NCBI GenBank assembly: GCA_016618085.1 | Contig: JABLTG010000002.1 | Span: 186,001 to 250,000, forward strand | Reading direction: 5' to 3' | Length of the DNA stretch: 64,000 nucleotides | Origin: Neovahlkampfia damariscottae | Lineage: Eukaryota | Shown here: in pieces, positions 39,566-50,949 of the stretch | Position numbering within the stretch: the stretch's first letter is position 1 | Layout of the letters: every line of letters starts with the position of its first letter | Made by a program: the position numbers and the translations under genes | Notes under the pieces: model-generated | Told to the model about the DNA's origin: nothing | The model's input: only the letters and a program-made list of their open reading frames with translations | Database searches by the model: none

Positions 39566-41056
39566 TTATTTCAAAGGAGTGAATTGAATCCCCATTTTCT
39601 TTGGTCCACTTAAGAAAAATTTCGAAGGATCTTTTTCAATTTTAGCATTTGGATCAGGAAGAGTAACTTTATATTTCTTCAAAATTTCTGACAAGAAAAT
39701 CTTTTGTTCAATAATTGAAAAGTTGTTTCCAATACAAACACGAGCACCAGCTGAAAATGGAAGCCAAGCACTACTTGGAATTTTTCTCTTTTCTTGTTCT
39801 TCAGGACTCCAACGATTTGGTCTGAAATTTTCAGGATCTCCATAGATTGTCTTGTTGTTATGAATTGCAGTAATATTAATACCAACAGCAGAACCTTTTG
39901 GGATAAAAAATCCATCTAAAATGATATCTTTTGTTGTTATTCTTTCTGGAATTTGTTCAACAGGATTAAACATTCTCATTCCTTCTTTGATAATATATAA
40001 TAAATAATCCAAATCTTTAGTGTTTTTATAACATGGTTTTTCATTTTTCATTACGTTCATAACAGTCTCTCTTGCTTTGTCTTGAACATCTTGATTTTTT
40101 CCTAACAATAATAAAATGTATGAAAGTGCATTTGCAGTAGTTTCATGACCAGCAAGGAAGAAGATGATGATATTATCCCTAAGTTCTTTAAGTGACATTT
40201 GATTATCACTGTCTGGATTTAAATGTGCATCAACCATGAAATCAAGCATTGAATCCATTGAACCTTTTTTTTTCATTCTTTTAATGGATTTGTCAACTAA
40301 TGATGAAACAAGGTCATCCATTTTCTTTATTGATTCTTTCATTTTGATATTGTAAGCAATAGGAATATCACTAAATAAAAGGTTGAAAAATAAATATTTC
40401 ATTGAAAAAATGTTATCAACAATGAAATTGTAAGATTCTAATTCCTTTTGAGATGATGAATCAATGGATTCAAAATCATGATCGAAAATTGCTTTTCCAA
40501 GGATATCTAAAGTCATTTTTTGCATATAGTCGGAAATGTTTTCAACAATTCCATCTTTTGATTGTGTTATCATTTTTTCAATAACCTTATGAGCTTTATC
40601 GCTGAAGGTATCAGAATACAATTCTAAATCATAAAATGCAGGATTCATAGCTTGTCTTTGACGTTTCCAATCATCACCATTTTTACCTACAACATGATCA
40701 GAACCTAAGAATGTTTTTGAGTGACCAGTGATTCTTTGAGTTTGCTTTTGAAATGTTTTGTTGTCTCCAAGAATTTGTTTTGCAGATTCAGCTGTAGTCG
40801 TAATAAAAGAAAGTCTATTCAAAAGTGCAACGCAGTACATTTTTTGTGGAAAAGCATTTTCTTTGGTGAACTCATCAAGTGCTGCTCTTGAATGAAAAAC
40901 AGCCAAATAGAAAAAGTAAAAAAAATTGAAGACTTTTGGTCTTTTTCCTGTTTCTACATTGTATGATGATCTTATCAAGTAATAAGGCTTGAGGAAGAAG
41001 GAAGCAAGGTATAATAAGATGACAACAATGACCAGGAGAAATATTGTGAGCAACAT
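39566..41056 (-). CDS. Cytochrome P450, intact and intronless
   Basis: N-terminal TM MLLTIFLLVIVV; FLAGHETT, KEGMR, FRPNRW, PFSAGARVCIG. Confidence 0.95.
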   Translation of the reverse strand: MLLTIFLLVIVVILLYLASFFLKPYYLIRSSYNVETGKRPKVFNFFYFFYLAVFHSRAALDEFTKENAFPQKMYCVALLNRLSFITTTAESAKQILGDNKTFQKQTQRITGHSKTFLGSDHVVGKNGDDWKRQRQAMNPAFYDLELYSDTFSDKAHKVIEKMITQSKDGIVENISDYMQKMTLDILGKAIFDHDFESIDSSSQKELESYNFIVDNIFSMKYLFFNLLFSDIPIAYNIKMKESIKKMDDLVSSLVDKSIKRMKKKGSMDSMLDFMVDAHLNPDSDNQMSLKELRDNIIIFFLAGHETTANALSYILLLLGKNQDVQDKARETVMNVMKNEKPCYKNTKDLDYLLYIIKEGMRMFNPVEQIPERITTKDIILDGFFIPKGSAVGINITAIHNNKTIYGDPENFRPNRWSPEEQEKRKIPSSAWLPFSAGARVCIGNNFSIIEQKIFLSEILKKYKVTLPDPNAKIEKDPSKFFLSGPKKMGIQFTPLK

Positions 41057-41355
41057 CTGTTGTTTTGATTGAATTAGTTCAGGAGAATAGATGATTGGTT
41101 GATAATTATAGAATTCGGAAAAATTCTGTAAATACCCGAATCGTTTTTGGATAAACAAAACAAAAATCCATCCAAATAAATGGTTGATATTTTAATTAGT
41201 TTCATATTGTTAACCACGATTGATTCAATCAAAATTTGTTCATCACCTTTATTTAAAATTCTTGGTTTTTCTTCGCTCAACCAATCATTTTTTTGCAGCC
41301 CCATTAACGAATAATCTTCACTAACAAAATGAAATACTATAATAATATCCAACAT

Positions 41356-42890
41356 TTATTGTATTATCTCGAATTTCAATTTCAACGATTTTGGTTTTAA
41401 TATGCTTCCAAATTCAAGTTCCATATCATTTGCAGTGAAACCATGAGCAAATTCAATTTTACATGATTTCAAAATTAATGCCATAATTAAAGGGGCTTCA
41501 TATTTTGCAAAAACTGTTCCAACACAATCTCGAGGACCAACACTAAATGGAAGAAATTTGTACCTAAAATTATCAATTTTCTTTACCTTTCATCATTCTA
41601 TCGATCTGGATCAAACTCATTAGGATTTTCCCAAATTTTTGGATCACGATGCAATCCCCAAATATTGATCAAAATCATTGTACCTTTTGGAATGAAATAA
41701 TCACCAAGGAAAGTGTCTTCTTCTGTTTCTTTATTTACCATCATAACAGGTGGTATTAACCTCAAACTTTCGTTGATTACTTGATCTAAATATTTCATTT
41801 TTCCAATAATTTCATAATTAATGACTCCATCATATTAAAGTAAAATTTGATTGATTTCTTTTCTCAATATTTCTTGAATTTCTGGATGTTTGCACAAGAA
41901 ATAAAATGTATTTGAGATCAAAGATGAAGTTGTCTATGAGATGTCAGTGAATTATAATCTTTTTTACATCATGTCCAGCAAATAGAAAAGTAACAGATTC
42001 ATCAATTAACAAATCATCTGAAATTGATTCTTCTTTCATTAGCAATGATAATAAAAATTTTTCTAGTTAATTTCATTTTTTGAAATTCTTCTTTGTTCAA
42101 TTAGTGATTTGTTTTCAATCTTTGGATGTTCTTCAAAAAATTTGACTTGAAGGAAGAGGAAAGTAGTTGACAACAAACTTTGGTAACACCAAACCAATTG
42201 AACAATAAGAAAACATGGACCCAATTATATCATTCCATAAATTCGATGATTTTTCTTGATTTGAGTTATCACCAAATGCTCTTTGAAAATTATTAGAAAG
42301 TTTGTTTTTCAAACGATGCTGATATAATCTCTAAAGTCAATTTAGATATTTCAATAAAGCTATCCATTTTTCAGTTTTCTTATGTTTCTTCCATTTTTCC
42401 ATTGCACTTATTGTATGATCAGTCATAATGGAGGTTAATTTTGAAACATTTTGTGGTGTGAACAGAGGGACTATTAAATTTCTTTCACGTTTCCATGTTT
42501 CTCCATCTGATACTATTAAACCGTTCCCGAGTAGTGTTTTCAGTATATCATATGTTTGTCTTGATTTTGGTAATCTTTTGGTGATATATATTTCTTTGAT
42601 CAAGTTTGGGTTGTTCACAAAAAGAGCAGGTTGTGTTAATAGATTCAAAATTACAACATCATCATTTTCGTAAGATATTTTTGAAAATTTGTTGAAAATT
42701 CTTTCAGATATTTGGAAAATATCAATAATTTGTCCTAAACCAAAGTTGAGTGGCACAGAAAAAAGTTTTTTGTTATTTTTGAGTTTTTATGAATTTTTTC
42801 AATGAATTTTCGTCTTTTTTGAAATGATTTAAGTATTAAAAGTACTATTAAAATAAATATTCCACTCAGAATTATTCCGAGAAACGTCAT
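41356..42890 (-). pseudogene. Cytochrome P450 pseudogene, intron-containing
   Basis: FAGHD|TT, NESLR and PFSVGPRDCVG retained; frame breaks near 42765, 42370, 42140 and 42065; in-frame TAG at 41600-41598. Confidence 0.75.
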
Positions 42891-42975
42891 GTTGGGTAAA
42901 ACAAAAAACAACCAATGAAAAGTGCTTTTGGAAGATGAATTTTTGAATTTTTATTGGAAAAGAAACAAATTTTTT

Positions 42976-45493
42976 TCAAATTTTCAAGGCTTTTTTCATT
43001 TCCAATTCTAATTCATTTTTTGTTTTATACTCTGGAATATCAATTCTATTCAAACTTGAAATAGGTTTAAAAAGAATAATGAAATTACTCCCTGTGTGCA
43101 ATAATTCCAACTTCTTCAGAAAAAAGTTTACATATCTTAAAACGAGGTTCAATAGTTCTAAACCCTTTTGATGATAAAGATGAAGTTCCAGTAACTACAA
43201 ACGTTAAAATGTTAAACATGAAATTTACCAAATTGAAGTAATTTTGCGACACTTAATGCTCCATAATCTTCAACAATCTCCCAAAACCAAATAATAATCT
43301 GTGAATTTTTTGAATATCCATTATGATATTTCGTATTTTCTTGCCAATCTTTTATTGGATTTTCAATTTTATCCAATCCAGATCCACAAAGTAATATCTC
43401 AATTTCAAATTCATCAAAAATCAAGAAATGTTTCATTGGGATAATTTCAAATAAACCATCTAATAAACTATCAATATTTTGTTTAATATTCAAATAAATC
43501 TTTTTCAATGTTATGTTTCTAATGTTGTTAAAATAATAAATTTTTAAACTTGACATATTCAACTTTGTTTGAATTGGTGACATGTATTTTTTTTTCATCT
43601 TCTTCAAATTTCAAATCTAAAAGGTTCACATTATCATTTTTCAAAATTTGTTCAGTTTTCCAAAAAGAAACTCTGTCTAAGGTCTCTAAATCTTCATAAT
43701 AAATTGAAGAACATGTAATCGCTTTGAAAATGGTTCCAGAAAAGTGTGGTTTTTTCAATGGTACTTTTCTTTGAAAAATACAATGACCAAGTAATCGACC
43801 AGCTGCTTTGAATAATGAATAATCTAAAAATTGAGGGTTTGGATGTCTTGTGTAATCTGAAGTTTTTATGAATGCAATTTTACTTATATCTTTCCAAATT
43901 GATAAATAAAAATCATCAGAACAAATCTTTTTTGAATCAATTTTAACTTCAAATTTCTTTTTCAAATCATCTGGATATTGTTTCAGTAGAAATGAATAAC
44001 AATCATTCAATTCATTTACATCAATAGAAATAGATTCATTATCAACTTTTTGTAAGTTTTGGTAAAATATTTTAACTTTTTCATTAAATTTCTTTGATTT
44101 TTGTTTTTCAGAATATAAATTAAAATCATCTTTTGATGCTTCTCTGATAAGGAATGAAAAATCTTTCATTGGATCTCTCCAAGTGAATGCCATTGGATCC
44201 AATGAATCTTTCATTAAAATGCATCTAACTGTATCAATTTTCTCTTTGACAGACATTCCTTCTTTAAAATCTTCTTTGTTCACACATTCATCAATAGTTT
44301 TAGAAACAATATCATTTGAAAACATGAGAGTATGTACACAATAATCAAAAACATCCGAATGAGTAACATGATTAGGTGTCTAAAAATACATTAATGATCA
44401 AAACTTGATTTTACATTCAATGGTCTTTCAACTTTCATTCCTTCTTGTATTTTTTCCAAATCCAATTGGATAAATGATACTGTTTGATTTTTTGCAAAAT
44501 AAACAACTCCTGTTTGTGGGTCATATTTAATTTTTTTGATGAACATTCCACCTTCAATTTTTTCATTATATAATAAATCTCTTGGTTCAACATTCCACAA
44601 TTCCATTTCTGCTTTAACACGATTCCAACCTAATAATAAGTTATTTTCTGTTATTGTGAAATCACAAAGTGATAAAAAAGGTGATGAACAATTCCAATCA
44701 TTTTTTGAATCAGAAACAGATATGCTTGTATGATGTTGAATAAAAAATGTATCATTAATTGATGCTAGTTTGAAAATAGGTTGACTGAATGTTTTCATTT
44801 CAATTAAAGAACCATCAGATGTATCCCATGCCTTCACGTAGCCTTTGAAAAAAAAACATGAATAAATGAAACATTCAAACCATCAGAAGAACCCGTGTAA
44901 ACACAAGAATCAGTATTATATATGTAATTTATCGTTTTTGTATGTTGTTTTCTTGTTGAAAAATTTGTTATAAATTTTTTAGTTTCCCAATCAATAGCGA
45001 GTAATTTACCTTCGGAAGTACCAAATAAAAGTAACTGATCAACAACATTAAGTGATAGTGAAGTTATTTTTTCTGTTTTTGAATACTCAATAGTTTGTAA
45101 ACATTCTTCAGTTTGTACATCCCATATTTTGATCACTCCATCGTCACCACCTGAAACAACCGTTTTTTCTTTGATATTTTTGATACATCTGACTGAAGCT
45201 TGATGACCAACTAGTAGTTTTAAAATTTTTCCGTTATACTTGTCCCATACACATATGTTCTTGTCCATGGAACTTGTAAATAAATATTTGTCTGTGACAA
45301 TGATATCAGTGATTAAATTTTTATGAGAAAAATTTGAATAATATTTTTTTTCATCCTTTGTTGTAATCTGCAGACTTGAATCTTCGATGTCATATTCTGA
45401 ATCAAAGAAAGATTTTTTCTTCTTTTGTTTTGTCATATTATTCCTTGATGATTTCTTCTCCTGTGTTGGTTTTGAACCAAAAATGTTTTTCAT
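42976..45493 (-). CDS. WD40-repeat plus HECT-like domain protein; catalytic Cys apparently absent; 5 introns
   Basis: WD repeats (GHQASVRC..SGGDDGVIKIWD); HECT motifs FKAAGRLLG, EIEILLCG, IIWFWEIV, KLLQFVTG; AHRDLNRIDIPEY. Confidence 0.8.
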
Positions 45494-45680
45494 CTTCAGT
45501 CCAATTCACCAAAATTCGTTGAGCTTTTAATAAATTGGTTTGACCAATAGATATCTTCAGCCACATTTATTTTTAGAATTCCAATAAAAGATATTACCAG
45601 ATATTCTTTCAATTTTTAATACGAAAATATTCAAATTTTCCTCCATCACAAATATCATTGGTTGAACAATTCTGAACAAA

Positions 45681-47624
45681 ATGAACACCAAAAAGAAACT
45701 TGTGTTTGCGATAATCAGTTTTTCAGTCCTCTCTTTTTTTTTGTCATTAAAAATATTAGACAGAAGCACTACACTGGAAAGAAACACCAATAGAAAAATA
45801 GATGAATATTTTCCACCTTACCTACTATATTCGAGCAAAACAGTTTCTTTTCATGATTTTTCCGATCAAAATTATAAACAAATTATTCAAAATACCCAAG
45901 AACAAAATTCTTCATGTATTTTTTTTATTACCAAACAAAAACAAGCAGAATTATTATTGAAATATGAAGGAATATGGGCAGTAAATGTAGTTGATAAGAA
46001 CAAATATTTAAAAGAAAATTTTCAATCTTTTGTTTATAAAAATGAAGAAAAAAGTATGAACTCACTTTCAAAACTCAAATTAAAAAAAAAAATGAGCTTT
46101 TTACATCAACACAGTTCGACCAACAAAACTATAACATGGCTCAAATATTTAAAGCAATTTTTACCATCAGAAAAAAAATTGAATTCAGATTTCATTATAC
46201 ATACTTTCACAGTCGAAAACAATAACATTACGACAGGATGCTTCAAAGAATGTAGAGATACTTTGATTCATCACACAAAATTTCTCAATAAGTACTTTAG
46301 TTCAATTCAAATTATCATTACACCTTTGTCAGCTCAAGAAAATACTTATCCAAAAGCTCCTTTTCACATGATGAGAAAAATAATGACCAATGAAACATTT
46401 CAGGATACATATACTCATTTTATGATGATAGAGCATGATACTTTTCCAATTCGAAATTTTTGGGCTCAACAAGCAGAACATTTAGTTTATAATTCTCTAT
46501 CAAATTTCAATGTTTTTGGTAGTGCTGTGAGGTAACAAATTCTAATTCTAAAAATAGTTTTTTAGATGTTTTTCTTGTAATGTTGCGAGTTATGATATGT
46601 TTCAATTGAACGGAAATTCAATTTATTCTTTACAAAACAAAAATTATATTCAATTTTTTGATAAGAGTCAGTTTTTATTTGGTTATGATGTCGAAATTTA
46701 TCATAAAACATTACTTGAACTTCCTTGGAAAAATCATCAATCATTGACCATTTTTTCATTATTCTTGCAAAATTCATACATTGATCAGATTGATGAAATA
46801 GAATTTCCGAAACAGTACCCTGAAACATATTTCATTCATTCAAAAGCAAAATTCAATGCAACAAAATTTCAAAAAGATGATCATTTTTTCAAACCAAACA
46901 AGAATCAAGTCAAAATAGTTTTTTTTGTAATGGATATGAATATTGAAATTTTGAAAAATTTGATCAAATATACACCTTGTGGTAAACGACAAATGAATGT
47001 CGATTTATGGATATCTTCAAAATGTAACGGACTTTGTAAAAGTTTACAAAAAATTCAGAATTGTTTTGGAGATGTTATTTTGAGACAAGTAGAAAAAGAA
47101 TTTGAAGATCCTTACAAAAATACATTTCATCAATTTATGTATAATAGAGAAATCAATGAGACCTACACTCATGCATTCATTTATAGTGATAAAATAAAAC
47201 CAGTTCAAAAATTTTGGTTACAAAAATTGGTATTATTGGTAGAGAATGTAAGTCCATCAGTTGGAATGATTATTCCAGGAAAAAGGTAACACGAATCAAT
47301 TCATTTAATGATTTCAGAGATCATTCTTGTAACTTACCTCTTGTACATTTTTCTCGTCATGGAATTTTCAAAATTGAAAAATTAGAAGAATATTTCTCAA
47401 TTATTGTTCCTCAAGATCCAGTTTTTGGAAGATTTTACAATAGTACGAAACTATCTGATGATTCAACTACTGAACAAAGTTTGATTCGAAATTTTTGGTT
47501 GAAACACTTTCGGAGAGTTCATGAAATATTATATCATGACTTAATTTTTGAGATGTGTGACTCTACTGGAAAGAGAAAAATGAAAAACTCAGAGAATACA
47601 TATTTCCTACTTAAAGCAGAATAA
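45681..47624 (+). CDS. Type II membrane protein with internal duplication, possibly glycosyltransferase-like; 2 introns
   Basis: N-terminal signal anchor; TYTHFMMIEHDTFPIRNFW vs TYTHAFIYSDKIKPVQKFW. Confidence 0.55.
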
Positions 47625-47759
47625 ATTTTTTAATTTGTGAATAATCATTGGCCATTTATAATATGCAATCAATTGAAGAAAAAATTAGTCCCATTTGCTT
47701 CTTTTGACACAATCAATAAGGAAGAAAATTTGACCAATCATTTTGACTATTTGCTGGAG

Positions 47760-48828
47760 ATGATTGTCAACAGTTGGAAAACTTCTGTTCTTTTTTTATG
47801 TATATTTTCGGTTTTTTCTGGAACATTTGTTGTTTATCTACAGTATTCTCACTCAAATGAGACCTATGAGTTGAAGAAAAAAATTACAGGTAATTTAAAA
47901 AAAAAGTAAATAAATCTACAAAGAATTACAATCCAAAAAAAATACTCCAGTTCAAAAAAAAAAAGAAAATAGAATCATTTCATTTGGTCTTTATGGTAAT
48001 CTTCCAAAATATACATTTGGTGCCATAAGAAATGTAGAATTACAAAAACAAATTTTTCCAGATTGGAAATGTAGATTTTATGTTGATGAAACAGTTCCAA
48101 AAAATATAATAGATCAATTAAAAGTTTCTGGTGCTGAAATAGTTGAAGTAGATTCTAAATTATACAATGGAACAATTAGAGGAATGGTAAGCTCAAAATA
48201 AACTAATGAAATAGTTTTGGAGGTTCTTTGTTTCTGCTGATCCAACAGTTGATAGATTTATCATACGAGATACTGATTCAAGATTAAACCTCAGAGAAAA
48301 ATTTGCAATTGATGAATGGATTAAAAGCAAAAAAGGAGTTCATTCAATGAGAGATCATTTTGAACATAATTTTCCATTTAACGTAATTTTTTAAACAAAA
48401 TTTAACCTAAACAGGGTGTAATTTTCTTATTTTTAATCAAAATTTGAAGGGTATGTGGGGCGCAGTGAAAGGTGCTGTTCCTAATTTAATGGAATTATCA
48501 AAAAATTATGTTAGAGAAAAATATTTTGCGGATATGGTTAGATAACAAAAAAAAATTAAAATTATTAGAATTTACTTGCTGAAAAAGTTTATCCTTTGGT
48601 AAAAAATAATATGATTTCACATGATTCTTATCATTGCAAAAAATGGGGTGCTAAACCATTTCCAACAAGAAGATTTGCAAAGGGTAGAATTTAGATATTT
48701 TTAAAGGATTTTTAGAACATGTTGGTGGTGTTTTTGATGAAAATGATAATCCGAGGGTTGGTGATATGTTAGTAATGAAACCAACACCTGTAGAATGTCG
48801 AGCACATCCAAGTTGGACTTTTTCTTGA
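47760..48828 (+). CDS. Type II membrane GT-A-like protein, paralog 1; 6 introns and a 3-nt microexon
   Basis: ISFGLYG..KYTFGAIRN, MFWRF, RDTDSRL..RE, GGMWG, HDSYHC. Confidence 0.75.
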
Positions 48829-48963
48829 CTCTTTTTCACCAAAAATAATAAATTTTTGATTTATTCCGCAAGTTAAAAATGAACTGCCTTATGTTTTCAT
48901 CCTCAAAGCAAGTGTAAATTCATTGGTCAACTTTGTTTTTTTTGCAACCACAACCTCAACAAG

Positions 48964-50075
48964 ATGAAGATTAATTATCTTTTCTTAATTTTTTTAGTAT
49001 TTGAAAATGCCTTATTGCTTGGTGTGTTTAATTATTTCATGGCGTCAAAAGAAAATACTACACAAACACAATTCAAAGAATGCCCAAAACCAATTGTCTG
49101 TCCAAAGACACCAAACTGTCTGAAAACCATTTGTCCAAAAATTCCTGTGTGTTCAAAAAGCACAAGTTTAGAAAAAATAACAAAACAAGATGTTGAACCA
49201 AAAAAGTCTTTAAGAAAACCATGGAAAAAAGTAATATCATTTGGTTTATATGGCAGTGGGTATAAATACACATTAGGAATGATACATAATTGCGCTTTAG
49301 CAAAAGCAATTTATCCAGGTTGGATTGTAAAAGTATATCACGACAAAACTGTACCAGCAAATATCATAAAAATTTTGAGAGCGTTTGATAATGTTGAAGT
49401 TGTTGAAATTAAAAATCCAAAATTACTTCAAGGTGGAATTCGTGGAATGTTTTGGAGATTTTTGACGTTTGAAAAAAAAGTTTTAATCTTTTTGAAGTTT
49501 CGAGTTTGGAATTATTTTTTTTAACTTTGAAGATTGGATCCAGAAGTTGATGTTATGATTGTAAGAGATTCTGACTCAAGACTTTCAAATCGTGAGAAAG
49601 AGGCTGTTGATGATTGGCTTAAAAGTGGAAAAGGATTTCATATCATTAGGGACAACCCACATCATGCAATTGCAATCTTAGGTGGTACATGGGGTGCAAG
49701 AAGAGGAGTTCTTCCTATTATGTTACCTATAATGGAAAACTATCCAAAAAATGAAATGCAACAAGATCAGGTAAAACAAAAATCCAAGAATTAATTTTTC
49801 AATAGTAAGTGATTCATTAAACTAAATTTTGAAAAAGGAATTTCTTAATCGGTGTTGTGTGGCCAAAAGTTAAGGACAATCAAATATCTCATGATGCTTA
49901 CAATTGTAAAATGTTTCCAAATTCAAAACCATTTCCATCAGCAAGAAAGCCTCCATATAGTTTTGTGGGTAGTGTCGTACAAGCGACTGGTGAAATTATG
50001 GCATACTCTCCAACTGAAAGTGCTTATTTTGCACCAGTTGAATGTCGACCAAACAAAGATGCCATTATTGGATGA
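48964..50075 (+). CDS. Type II membrane GT-A-like protein, paralog 2; 6-nt microexon and probable stwintron
   Basis: ISFGLYG..KYTLG, MFWRF, RDSDSRLSNRE, ILGGTWG, DQ-FL, HDAYNC, PFP; collinear with paralog 1. Confidence 0.75.
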
Positions 50076-50202
50076 TTTCTCAAGTTTTTAAATCTAAAAT
50101 ATTTCCAATTTATTAAATGAATATTAACAATTTCAGAAATTTTCTATTTTCAGGATGACGGAAATAAATAAACCAATCAACTCTGTTTAACCTTATCCAA
50201 TC

Positions 50203-50841
50203 ATGAAACTACAAATTGTTTTGTTGTTCACGTTATGTCTCATCATATTCGCTTTTTCAAATATGAAAGAAGTTGAATCTGAATGTCCTTACTTTAAAAA
50301 ACACGGAAAAGATCAAGGATGTCCTTGTCAAATGAGTAAGGAAGATCTTGAAAAATGTCCTCACTTAAAAAAGATGAAAGAACAACACGGAGATAAACCA
50401 GGTTGTCCATACAAAGGAAACATGAAAGCCTGTCCACATACCAAAGGAAAAGGATGCCCTTGTAAACAAAAAGGTTCTTGTCCACACGCTAAAACTGGTG
50501 GATGTCCACATGCTCACAAAAAAGAAGGAGGTTGTCCATATGCTGAACCTTTAAAGAAAACTAAGGGTTGTCCATTTTTTGAAAAACATGGAAAATCATG
50601 TCCTTGTACAATGACAACAGAAGAACTTGAAAAATGTCCTCACTTGAAAAAAATTAAAGAAGAACATGGTGATAAAGCAGGTTGTCCTTATAAAGATATT
50701 TTAGATGGTGAAAAAGTAAAAGATTGTCCTTACCTTAAAAATCATGGAAATGACAAAGAATGTCCTTGTAAAAAAATGAAATCTGTTGGTGGTTGTCCAC
50801 ATATGAACAAATTAAATGAAAAAAATAAAGATGAACTTTAA
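50203..50841 (+). CDS. ER-lumenal Cys-Pro/His repeat protein (signal peptide plus KDEL)
   Basis: Hydrophobic N-terminus, 16 CP motifs, C-terminal KDEL, CCAAT immediately upstream. Confidence 0.85.
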   Translation: MKLQIVLLFTLCLIIFAFSNMKEVESECPYFKKHGKDQGCPCQMSKEDLEKCPHLKKMKEQHGDKPGCPYKGNMKACPHTKGKGCPCKQKGSCPHAKTGGCPHAHKKEGGCPYAEPLKKTKGCPFFEKHGKSCPCTMTTEELEKCPHLKKIKEEHGDKAGCPYKDILDGEKVKDCPYLKNHGNDKECPCKKMKSVGGCPHMNKLNEKNKDEL

Positions 50842-50949
50842 ATTTTTTGAACCGAAAAATCAATCAAAATTGTTGAACGAATAAATTTCTGATCCAACAG
50901 AAACCTCTTTTCATTGGATAAATATACACTGACCTAAAGACGAACAAAG

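Noticed and set aside
41057..41158. 34-aa N-terminal extension of the P450 in the ORF track
   Set aside because: It begins at a non-ATG codon and spans the CCAAT promoter; the TM anchor begins at ATG 41056
41598..41600. In-frame TAG in the second P450 as stop-codon reassignment or readthrough
   Set aside because: The same gene has several frameshifts, and all intact genes read in the standard code
49806..49808. TAA as a 3-nt microexon between two standard introns
   Set aside because: It would insert a stop and leave the downstream conserved exon out of frame
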